Below are positions 7,834 through 15,344 of a stretch of DNA of 64,000 nt, piece after piece (position 1 is the stretch's first letter; the number at the start of each line of letters is the position of its first letter). Made by a program: the position numbers and the translations under genes. Under the pieces are notes generated by a model, which saw only the letters and a program-made list of their open reading frames with translations, ran no database searches and was not told the DNA's origin. The stretch is from a virus, in IMG/VR virus record IMGVR_UViG_3300045988_069682, positions 1 through 64,000 of that record. One strand, written 5' to 3'.

Positions 7834-8142
7834 TTAATAAATTTTATTAAAATCATTTTTGCGGTTTTTGTCGTAGTAACCGTTGTCTCTGCCGAGCATC
7901 GTCGCTCCGCAGCATCCGCACCTTAGAACGTACAAATTTCCACGCTTTTCGTGTACCGTGTAAGCCTGTACCAGCTTTTTGATTTCGTTGCCGCACTTGC
8001 AGCAGTACGGTCTGTTTTTGCTATCAAACATCACGTTCTCGATTTCCACTTCGCTCACTCCTTGAATTGTATATGCTGCTCTCGCGAACGGAATGTGGGC
8101 TAGATTCGCTTCTAGGTGTATCACTGGTAACTTTATACCCAT
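7834..8142 (-). CDS. Zn-ribbon protein (102 aa)
   Basis: CCKCGN...CGCCG cysteine pairs. Confidence 0.6.
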   Translation of the reverse strand: MGIKLPVIHLEANLAHIPFARAAYTIQGVSEVEIENVMFDSKNRPYCCKCGNEIKKLVQAYTVHEKRGNLYVLRCGCCGATMLGRDNGYYDKNRKNDFNKIY

Positions 8143-8160
8143 CGCTCCCTAAAATTGAAT

Positions 8161-8754
8161 CTAGTGGCATTTCCGTCGCCAGGAGAGCAAATTGTGCATA
8201 ATGTCGTTTGCACTTGTCAGCTCGCCGCTACGGTTCTCGATTTTTTCCTTGGGAACCCCGATGATTCCGGCAGGATTTCTGCCCAGCGCGTAGTCACTCT
8301 TGGCTTTGGACTTGCTACGCCTACAAGCGTCCTCGTAAAATCTGCGCATCTGCGCCCTGACCGTCGGCATATCTTCTGCCAGCGAACACTGGAGCGGCAG
8401 CCAGCCGAAGCTGTTGACTGCTTGTGCAATCTCCGGCGTACTAAACTGCGGAGTTTTACCCCACGGTGTCGCCTGCATTGCGCGCTCAATCTCACCCCAA
8501 GCCTCGTTCCAAGGCTTCATGCGTAGTTCTTCGTTCGTCTCGCCAATAATTTCGGCGGCCGCATCGGCGATTTCTGCAATCGTCGGCAGGAAGCGAGCCT
8601 CAGCTACCAACTTCTTGCAAGTTTTCTCAAGAACGACGGCAGGAATCGTCTCTGTGAACTCCATGTAAATCTTCATGCGCTTAACTTCTCCTGCCTGTCC
8701 GAAAGCTCCGAACAGAACAGCTAAGGTCTTTGCTCGTAGCTCTGCATTATCCAT
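8161..8754 (-). CDS. G39P-like replicative-helicase loader (tentative)
   Basis: The N-terminal pattern ...KKLVAEARFLPTIAEIADAA resembles the SPP1 G39P family (KF-PTIAEI). It lies directly downstream of the replisome organizer. The second ATG (8754) has the better SD spacing. Confidence 0.55.
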   Translation of the reverse strand: MDNAELRAKTLAVLFGAFGQAGEVKRMKIYMEFTETIPAVVLEKTCKKLVAEARFLPTIAEIADAAAEIIGETNEELRMKPWNEAWGEIERAMQATPWGKTPQFSTPEIAQAVNSFGWLPLQCSLAEDMPTVRAQMRRFYEDACRRSKSKAKSDYALGRNPAGIIGVPKEKIENRSGELTSANDIMHNLLSWRRKCH

Positions 8755-9550
8755 TGCCATCCCCTCCGAACGCCGCCATCATCTCGTTGTATGCGCCCTC
8801 CACATCGTTTTTCTCTTTGCGAGGGCTACTGCTCGGTTTTGATTGTTTCGTTTCGCCCCTAGCGATGCCACGAGCCGCCGCTTGCACGTAGTTAAAGTTT
8901 CTCACGCCGTTGAGCACCGCAGACTCAATCGCTTGACACACGGGCAACTCTCCGACTTCCTCGACAAGCGCTTGCAACTTCTCAGACAAAATCGCTGTCA
9001 TCGGGCAGATATTTGAGTTCCAGAGAGCGAAGGGATTTGGAACACCCGGAGCAGTGGCAGCTTTATCTAACTCTTGCTCTTTCTCTATCTCTATCTCTTC
9101 TCTTACTCTTACTCTATCTCTACGTAACGCAGGTGTAACAACATCGTAACCATCGTGTAACAATGTTACGCTTTCGTCTGCTTTTTTACGGTTTCGCATC
9201 TCCCGCATACGGCTTGCTGCCGCGGTTTCAGAGCCTATCGCCTCTGCTGCTTTCGGCAAGGTAATTTCGCTTTCTAGGTCAGTTCCAATCAGTAACCCGT
9301 GCTTTTGCAGAAAGGCTACTGTGACAGCCACGTTCTCTTCGTCTTCGTCAATGTCTAAGGCCAAGTTCTCCACGAACTCGCTTTCCGAACAGTCATATGC
9401 GATTCGCCCCTCGCTTTTGAGCGAGAGCAGCATCATCTTGAGATAAATCACAGTATATGTATCGCCACCAGCAATCTTGCGCAGCTTTTTTATTTCAATT
9501 TGACGAAAGAAATCCTCTTGCAGTTTAAGCCACCAGTATCTTTTACCCAA
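8747..9550 (-). CDS. phage replisome organizer (N-terminal Phage_rep_org_N-like + DnaD-like C-terminal domain)
   Basis: N-terminus MGKRYWWLKLQEDFF...YTVIYLKMMLLSL; C-terminus AIESAVLNGVRNFNYVQAAARG (DnaD C-domain flavour). TTG start with AAGGAGG 9 nt upstream. Confidence 0.75.
   Translation of the reverse strand: MGKRYWWLKLQEDFFRQIEIKKLRKIAGGDTYTVIYLKMMLLSLKSEGRIAYDCSESEFVENLALDIDEDEENVAVTVAFLQKHGLLIGTDLESEITLPKAAEAIGSETAAASRMREMRNRKKADESVTLLHDGYDVVTPALRRDRVRVREEIEIEKEQELDKAATAPGVPNPFALWNSNICPMTAILSEKLQALVEEVGELPVCQAIESAVLNGVRNFNYVQAAARGIARGETKQSKPSSSPRKEKNDVEGAYNEMMAAFGGDGNG
9071..9123. repeat. purine/pyrimidine-skewed hexamer repeat inside the organizer gene
   Basis: On the coding strand: ATAGAG TAAGAG TAAGAG AAGAG ATAGAG ATAGAG AAAGAG CAAGAG. 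It encodes the linker RVRVREEIEIEKEQEL. Confidence 0.7.
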
Positions 9551-9566
9551 AACAGCCGCCTCCTTA

Positions 9567-9914
9567 TTATTGTTTATTCTCTGTCTCCTTAGAACAGATG
9601 TTATCTCCTATGAAGGTTGCTCCGTTAAGGTAAGCAGTCTTCCCGTGAGTCTCTGCCAACTCGTTAGTCAGAAGAAACGTCAGTACCTCCGCTACCATGT
9701 TCGTCGACTCGTCGAGGTCTAAGGAGAGGTATTCAACAAACTCTTCCCGCTTGCAGTCGTATTTGAGATAACCATCATTCTTGCCCGCCAAGAGCATCAT
9801 TTTGATGTAAATAACGAGATATTTATCTCCATAAGGGAGTCTCAACATTTTTTTGACTTTAAGCTGTTTAAAGAAGTCAGGGTGCAACACGAGATGCATT
9901 TTTTCGTCTTTCAT
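9567..9914 (-). CDS. replisome-organizer N-domain paralogue (115 aa)
   Basis: Aligns by eye to the N-terminus of 8747-9550 (FFKQLKVKKM..YGDKYLVIYIKMMLLAGKNDGYLKYDC..EFVEYLSLDLDES). Confidence 0.7.
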   Translation of the reverse strand: MKDEKMHLVLHPDFFKQLKVKKMLRLPYGDKYLVIYIKMMLLAGKNDGYLKYDCKREEFVEYLSLDLDESTNMVAEVLTFLLTNELAETHGKTAYLNGATFIGDNICSKETENKQ

Positions 9915-9917
9915 GTT

Positions 9918-10184
9918 TTATACCTCCATTCGTTTTGCTAATGTTTTACTCATGATGCTTTCGTAGTCCATGCCAATTTCTTGCATGAGTTTCAAAAGTT
10001 CGGCAGCTCTTTTATGGTCACGCATTACATCAATCGCAGCCGACAGAACATCAAAAACTTTCTCGGCTTCGTCTTCTGTGATTCTGCCATCACCTTTAGC
10101 GTCAAGTACGGCAGCGCCGCAGACAGTAATAATTTCACCCCATGTAAGTTTGGGAGTTTCGTTGTAAGTTGTGTCAATAATCAT
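9918..10184 (-). CDS. hypothetical protein (88 aa; start refined to MIIDTTYNE)
   Basis: AGGAGG lies 6 nt upstream of the ATG at 10184. Confidence 0.55.
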   Translation of the reverse strand: MIIDTTYNETPKLTWGEIITVCGAAVLDAKGDGRITEDEAEKVFDVLSAAIDVMRDHKRAAELLKLMQEIGMDYESIMSKTLAKRMEV

Positions 10185-10300
10185 TCGTATCCTCCTAAAT
10201 CTATATCTGAATCCGAGCGAGCTTGCAGCTAAGCCCAAGGAGCGGCTGACGGATAGTCGGAGCTTTCAGTTTGCCCGCTCAGACCAGAGTTATAAAAGGC

Positions 10301-11161
10301 TTATTCGCCTTCTACAGCGGCTTCAATGTCCTCAGCGGTAAATTCGTTGTCTTGAAGAATTTCGCCGCTCTCAGTATCGACTACGCGCGTCTCAGAGGCA
10401 TCCTCGGTCTCAATGGTTTCGACGCTGTTGTCTTTGGAAAGGTCTAAAGGCTTCTCGTGAGCGTCCACGTCCTCTGCCATTGCTTTCTGCATTTCGATAG
10501 ACATTGGCCCCCAATGACGCAGTGTATACGCCAAGACGGTTTTCATTGCCATGGCATCGAAGTCACTCTGCCAAGGGCTAGAAGAAGAATTATAGCTCTT
10601 ACTGAATCTCTTAGCGTGTTTGATAACAGCATCCTTAGTCCAATAAACAACCTTACGGAAGCCGTTCAGCAGTTCAAAGGAAGCACAGTAGCCGATAGCA
10701 GTGTCGCTTTCCTGCTCGCCATAGGTCAATTCCTCGGTGAATTTGTTCCACTTAACAACTTCGCCCTCATAGACGGTGTTTACGTTAATGGATTTATAGA
10801 GTCCGCTACGTTGAGCCAGTTCGACATATCCGAGATAGCCAATCTGGAACTGTGCAACGCCCTTGTAGGGCACAATCCAAGCTCTGCCGAGGGACGGCAG
10901 GATTGGCAAGTCGAGGCTTGCTGCAATGGATGCTGCGCTCAGCACGGTGCGCATATCTACGTTTTGCAGCAATTTATTCTGAGATACTACGGTAAGCACG
11001 GAACTGATGAAGCCAGCCGACTTCTTGCCGAGCATACGTTGGAATCTGGCTTGTACGCTGTCCTGCTTGAACATTGCATCCAAGAGAGCTACGCCAGCCT
11101 TGGGAGCTGACTGTACAGCTTGCTCTTTTTGTTTTGTGATTAAACCTTTTGCGCTAACCAT
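10301..11161 (-). CDS. recT: RecT-family single-strand annealing protein
   Basis: AASIAASLDLPILPSLGRAWIVPYKGVAQFQIGYLGYVELAQRSGLYKSINV matches the RecT core. TAATG coupling to the exonuclease gene. Confidence 0.88.
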   Translation of the reverse strand: MVSAKGLITKQKEQAVQSAPKAGVALLDAMFKQDSVQARFQRMLGKKSAGFISSVLTVVSQNKLLQNVDMRTVLSAASIAASLDLPILPSLGRAWIVPYKGVAQFQIGYLGYVELAQRSGLYKSINVNTVYEGEVVKWNKFTEELTYGEQESDTAIGYCASFELLNGFRKVVYWTKDAVIKHAKRFSKSYNSSSSPWQSDFDAMAMKTVLAYTLRHWGPMSIEMQKAMAEDVDAHEKPLDLSKDNSVETIETEDASETRVVDTESGEILQDNEFTAEDIEAAVEGE

Positions 11162-12168
11162 TATACTTCGTCCTCCACTTCTTTAGCTCTACGTTTTTTT
11201 GCTTCTCTTGTAAGATTGACCTTCAACATACGGTATTGGGTCTGCCGACGGTACTTCTGAGACAGTTCGGGATAATCTTCTGCGAAAGCCTTGTTGTCCC
11301 ATACAGCACGGTTATAGATGCCGTAGCTGACAAGGTAGTCACCACATTCGCCCTTCTCTGAATTGCCAAGCTCCAAGCGAAGTTTGTTTTTCTTTTCGTC
11401 GATGACCTTTTTGATTTCGGTAATCTGGGCTTCAAGCTCTTTAATCTGCTCGCATTGCTTCTCCCACTCGCCGCTCATCGGCATAACCTCTTTATCCCCG
11501 CCCGGATACATTTTCTCGATAGCCTTGGTACAGCTATCGGTATAATCTACATCTGGAATTTTATGAGGGACAACGTAGTTTTCCCAAAAGTCCTTCTCCG
11601 CTTCGATAAGGGCGTTGATTTCATCGTCATCACGCTCAAACTCACGGATAACAGCTCGTTGACCGCCGCAAAGGCAGACAAAGTAGCATTTATCGTAGTT
11701 TCCTACCGCCATATAGTGCAATGCTTGCACCAGATAGGAAGGTGGCACTTTATCGTCAGCCCATTCGTCGTAGTTGTAACCCGCCGTGGTCTTAATCTCC
11801 ACGATAGAGTTCTCGCCTACAACCAAACGGTCAACGTCAGCAATCATAAATGGGTGCTCGTCACTGCGAACCATGCCACAGCGACGGAGTTTCTTGCCTG
11901 TCTTGTCTTGAAACCATTGAGCCAACGGTTCTTCCAAGCGGGTTCCCCACTCCATGCGTTCTTTGACTTCATCCGAGAGGTTAATCTCAGATGCTACGGT
12001 CTGGCTAGTTTTCTCTTGCCAAAGCTGAAACTTTGACTTGTAGGTATTAACACCAACAATAATACCAGCATCGCTACCACCAATGCCTGTGGTGCGCAGC
12101 TCTAACCACTTCTCTCTGCCGCCTTCTGCCTGTATCTCGGCTGCGGTCATCAGCATCGTTGTGCTCAC
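11161..12168 (-). CDS. YqaJ-like (lambda Exo-type, PD-(D/E)XK) recombination exonuclease
   Basis: GIGGSDAGIIVGVNTYKSKFQLWQEKT and the SIVEIKT motif. Classical exo-recT gene pair. Confidence 0.88.
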   Translation of the reverse strand: MSTTMLMTAAEIQAEGGREKWLELRTTGIGGSDAGIIVGVNTYKSKFQLWQEKTSQTVASEINLSDEVKERMEWGTRLEEPLAQWFQDKTGKKLRRCGMVRSDEHPFMIADVDRLVVGENSIVEIKTTAGYNYDEWADDKVPPSYLVQALHYMAVGNYDKCYFVCLCGGQRAVIREFERDDDEINALIEAEKDFWENYVVPHKIPDVDYTDSCTKAIEKMYPGGDKEVMPMSGEWEKQCEQIKELEAQITEIKKVIDEKKNKLRLELGNSEKGECGDYLVSYGIYNRAVWDNKAFAEDYPELSQKYRRQTQYRMLKVNLTREAKKRRAKEVEDEV

Positions 12169-12431
12169 TCTTTATCCTCCTTTACGTCTTTTCGACGATA
12201 CAGTTTTTCGCCCTTGATGTTATCTTGGTAGGTCTTAAAGCCTTGGTCTACGGCCTTTTGGATAATCTCTTGAGCAGCTTCGACAGGCATCCCAGAGTCC
12301 TCAAAAAGACCTGTCAGAGAGTTAACTAAGACAGTCAAGGCTATGAGGCTATCAACCATGTTACTGTTTTTGCTAACAGCAACGGCATAAGCGTTATCGT
12401 TGCTGTATACTGCAAGCAACGGTTCTTTCAT
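12165..12431 (-). CDS. hypothetical protein (88 aa)
   Basis: Coupled ORF. Confidence 0.6.
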   Translation of the reverse strand: MKEPLLAVYSNDNAYAVAVSKNSNMVDSLIALTVLVNSLTGLFEDSGMPVEAAQEIIQKAVDQGFKTYQDNIKGEKLYRRKDVKEDKE

Positions 12432-12835
12432 CAGTCTTCACCTCTTTCTTGCTCACGTAATTCTCTAACCAACTCTTTCAGCGCCTTAGCCCACTTATCA
12501 GGGATGGCCTCGTCATTTCCGATTGCAATGACCGCAATGCCTTCGTCTTTAGACTTCTCGGTTTCGTGTTCATGGTTCATCATCCTTGCGAACCCCTTGT
12601 CATATTTCGCAGTTGCAAACGCTGCATCGAGCAGTCCCCAAGTTGCATCGTTAGCATCTTCGGAATCAAGCCCATTCTCCATAAGACTTTGCTTCATTCC
12701 TTGTGCTACTGTGAATACGAGGCCAGCAAAGACTTTCGCCAAATCCTCGTTTCCTGCTTCCACATTAACCTTAAATTCCAGATGCTTGCCGTCAACAAGA
12801 GCGGCATGGATGACTAATTCGTTAGTTTCTTTCAT
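12431..12835 (-). CDS. hypothetical acidic protein (134 aa)
   Basis: AAGGAGGAACAAACGA upstream of the ATG. Confidence 0.65.
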   Translation of the reverse strand: MKETNELVIHAALVDGKHLEFKVNVEAGNEDLAKVFAGLVFTVAQGMKQSLMENGLDSEDANDATWGLLDAAFATAKYDKGFARMMNHEHETEKSKDEGIAVIAIGNDEAIPDKWAKALKELVRELREQERGED

Positions 12836-13235
12836 TCGTTTGTTCCTCCTTAGATTTTTTATAGTTTTTTCGGCAGCGGCAAACTCTATTGGAGATTATT
12901 GCTGCCGGAACGTCCACGAGTAAACTCAAATCGCACTGGCGTATGCCACATACGATGTTAAGAAAATAATATGATTCACATTCAAGGTCACACAGCGAAG
13001 GTACTTTAGGACGCGGTGCTCTCGGAACCTTTTTGTATTGTGGCTTCATATCCATAAAATCCAATGCGCTGTTAATGCTCACGCTTTTGATTATTGATAT
13101 ATACAACGCATACCAGTTTTCTCGAAACTGGATGTTGCTGCTTGACTTGTGAATGGCAGCCGCTTCCGGTTGAAAACTGTGAGAACGGGCTTTAACGTAA
13201 TTCTCTCGGCATACATGATTTTGCCTTGCTCTCAT
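12822..13235 (-). CDS. hypothetical protein (137 aa), coding status uncertain
   Basis: The only long ORF in a 400-nt stretch, with an ATGA overlap to the LysM gene stop. Its composition is odd (Cys/Arg-rich). Confidence 0.35.
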   Translation of the reverse strand: MRARQNHVCRENYVKARSHSFQPEAAAIHKSSSNIQFRENWYALYISIIKSVSINSALDFMDMKPQYKKVPRAPRPKVPSLCDLECESYYFLNIVCGIRQCDLSLLVDVPAAIISNRVCRCRKNYKKSKEEQTNERN

Positions 13236-13519
13236 TTAACGTCCTCAACCTTCACGATGATTGTTTCACCAACCTGCAAATGCTGTCGCTTGCCGATACC
13301 GAAACCGTTACTTTCGCTCAGCTCGTGCATGAACTCGGCGAACGGCTTGCTGCCATCGTAATACCTTTCGCCAATCCCCCAAAGCGTTTCGCCGCTTTGC
13401 ACTGTATGGCAAATCTTGCGACACATCGGCTTCTCTCTGTCCGCAAGATAGTCGGTATCGAATCCGCTAATCAGCAGCGCCAAGATGCCGACAACTGCAA
13501 TTTTAAGCAGCGTTTTCAT
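13232..13519 (-). CDS. secreted/membrane-anchored LysM-domain protein (95 aa)
   Basis: N-terminal TM/signal MKTLLKIAVVGILALLISG. LysM core HTVQSGETLWGIGERYY...LQVGETIIV. Confidence 0.72.
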   Translation of the reverse strand: MKTLLKIAVVGILALLISGFDTDYLADREKPMCRKICHTVQSGETLWGIGERYYDGSKPFAEFMHELSESNGFGIGKRQHLQVGETIIVKVEDVK

Positions 13520-13533
13520 GTCTCCCCACCCCT

Positions 13534-13782
13534 TCAATCCAATAGCGCTTTAAGTGCGCTCTGATAGCGCCCTTTCCTTATGTTCTGCACCTTGTCCTGC
13601 TTTGCAGTTGGTGCGAACATTTCTTTCAGTTGTTGGTCAACAACGTCCGCTACCAGAAACCACTTTCTGCCATATCTTCCGGCAGAGACTTTGCCTTGCT
13701 TAATAAGTTCCCTCAGCATTTTATCGCTTATATTGCGACTCTCGGAAAATTCCTTGATTCCCATGAGTTCCATTAAGCTCAC
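13534..13782 (-). CDS. excisionase-family/MerR-like HTH DNA-binding protein
   Basis: IKEFSESRNISDKMLRELIKQGKVSAGRYGRKWFLV matches the excisionase-type HTH pattern (...GRRWRI). Confidence 0.55.
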   Translation of the reverse strand: MSLMELMGIKEFSESRNISDKMLRELIKQGKVSAGRYGRKWFLVADVVDQQLKEMFAPTAKQDKVQNIRKGRYQSALKALLD

Positions 13783-13976
13783 TCTCCTTCTTCTTTTTTT
13801 AACAGTTCGTCAATCGTGCAGCCGAGGATTTTGGCCAACATTGGCAATTTATCTGCTCTCGGGAGGAATAAACCGCCCTCCCATTTTGCGATTGTGCTTC
13901 TATCCACCCCGCAAGCTTTAGCCACATCTTCTTGTAGAAGCCCTTTAGCTTTGCGAAATTTTTCTAATTGGGACAT
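13779..13976 (-). CDS. Cro-like XRE-family HTH regulator
   Basis: KGLLQEDVAKACGVDRSTIAKWEGG. Divergent from the repressor gene across the operator region. Confidence 0.85.
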   Translation of the reverse strand: MSQLEKFRKAKGLLQEDVAKACGVDRSTIAKWEGGLFLPRADKLPMLAKILGCTIDELLKKEEGE

Positions 13977-14000
13977 AAACGAACATCACCTCACATTTCT

Positions 14001-14098
14001 GTGCGTTAATCGCACTTGATATTGATATTATAGTGCGATTAAGTCACCTTGTCAAGCACTTTTTTTGATTGACGTGTGCGCTGGTGTCACATTATAAT
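14001..14098. promoter_or_regulatory. immunity switch: three 15-bp operators plus divergent sigma-A-type promoters
   Basis: O1 GTGCGTTAATCGCAC (14001-15), O2 GTGCGATTAAGTCAC (14033-47), O3 GTGCGCTGGTGTCAC (14076-90). Leftward promoter: TTGACA (14055-50), N17, TATAAT (14032-27). Rightward promoter: TTGACG (14069-74), N18, TATAAT (14093-98). Confidence 0.7.
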
Positions 14099-14123
14099 AT
14101 AGGTAATTAGGGAGGTGCGTTAA

Positions 14124-14561
14124 ATGACAATAGGTGGAGCTTTAAAAACGCTTAGAAAAGCTCATGGCTTTACACAAGCGGAAGTCGCTTCTGCGCTGAA
14201 CTTGTCTAGAACGAGCTACACAAAATATGAGAATGACGTTCATATGCCAAACGCAGAGCAAATTCAACTAATAGCGAATCTGTTTGGAGTGTCGCCAGCA
14301 GAGATATTGACACCAATCCAATCCGATGGTACCAAAAACATAAAACCTCCAAAGCTAACAAAACCCACGCTAAGAAGTGACCATGAGAAACTCCTTGGCG
14401 TTTATGATAGCCTTGATGAGCAGTCGAAAACTCAGCTTATGTCTGTTGCTTACTTGCTTATGTCTCAAAGCCTCAAGGCACAAGGCATTGATGTACAAGA
14501 GATGGTAGAGCAGCAGCTCCATAAAATTAAAGACGAAGGAGGCGAAAACAATGACGACTGA
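14124..14561 (+). CDS. cI-like XRE-family repressor (no S24 peptidase domain seen)
   Basis: HGFTQAEVASALNLSRTSYTKYENDVH. GGGAGGTG SD upstream. Lies next to the integrase. Confidence 0.82.
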   Translation: MTIGGALKTLRKAHGFTQAEVASALNLSRTSYTKYENDVHMPNAEQIQLIANLFGVSPAEILTPIQSDGTKNIKPPKLTKPTLRSDHEKLLGVYDSLDEQSKTQLMSVAYLLMSQSLKAQGIDVQEMVEQQLHKIKDEGGENNDD

Positions 14562-14682
14562 CGAAGAACTGCATCAAAAGGCTATTGCTCACGAATTGTT
14601 TTGTGAACTGTCCTCGAAATCAAGAATGGTGGCTATCGGTATTTTACGGCTACTGTTGGTCGAGGAAACGCGCCCTTTTTGA
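14551..14682 (+). CDS. small ORF (43 aa) translationally coupled to the repressor
   Basis: The ATG at 14551 overlaps the end of cI, with GAAGGAGGCG 7 nt upstream. Sequence MTTDEELHQKAIAHELFCELSSKSRMVAIGILRLLLVEETRPF. Confidence 0.4.
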   Translation: MTTDEELHQKAIAHELFCELSSKSRMVAIGILRLLLVEETRPF

Positions 14683-14742
14683 CTGTCTACTCACCCGACG
14701 GTAGCCGACGTGAGCAAAAGCCAAACGATGACAATCCGCAAT

Positions 14743-14787
14743 AAAAAAAGACCGCGCTCCATGGCGGAGAACGGTCAATGCTTTTTA
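14743..14787 (+). terminator. probable intrinsic terminator
   Basis: Imperfect stem GACCGCGCTCC-ATGG-CGGAGAACGGTC followed by AATGCTTTTT, with an A-run upstream. Confidence 0.4.
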
Positions 14788-14920
14788 GCTGTTTGAAGCG
14801 AACTGCTATGAACAAGCGTATAAATCAAGCCATTGCGCTCGTGTCGCTGTCATAGAAGTCCAAAACGAGTGCAACCGTCTCGGTTTCGAGACGGTTGCAG
14901 ACTGTACGGGAGGAATTTAG

Positions 14921-15130
14921 ATGGAAGAAGAAATAGGGGTTGTCTATAAAACGCCCGGCAGCCGATGCAGAGTTTCTTTGTTGACGCAACCAGGCGGAGA
15001 AAAATACATTGTTATTGCCAATCAGTTCAATACAAAGAACACAGACGGTTGGTTTACTAAAAGATTAGTTTATATACCATACGGTTCTGCGGCGCAAGTA
15101 GCTGTACTTATAGCCTTAGCCGTGAAATGA
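14921..15130 (+). CDS. hypothetical protein (69 aa)
   Basis: GGGAGGAATTTAG upstream. Lies between the repressor and the integrase, followed by a strong terminator. Confidence 0.55.
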   Translation: MEEEIGVVYKTPGSRCRVSLLTQPGGEKYIVIANQFNTKNTDGWFTKRLVYIPYGSAAQVAVLIALAVK

Positions 15131-15168
15131 AGGAGGACTGGCAATTATATTGGAACTAAAAGAAAAGC

Positions 15169-15199
15169 AAAAAGGCCTCCGTACACCGGAGGCCTTTTT
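15169..15199. terminator. bidirectional intrinsic terminator
   Basis: AAAAAGGCCTCCG-TACAC-CGGAGGCCTTTTT. Confidence 0.75.
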
Positions 15200-15344
15200 G
15201 CAAACACTATAAATAAAGAAAGAAGGGATTGTGACTCCAAATGGAGATATGCCGAATGAACTTCACACTTATATTTTAACAGAACCATAGAGTAAGTAAC
15301 AAGGGGGGTTTGAGCGCGGTTTTTGTCAGAAAGGAGAAAAAATT

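Noticed and set aside
10457-12036. Plus-strand ORFs 10457-11110 and 11455-12036
   Set aside because: They are antisense to the well-supported recT and exonuclease genes.
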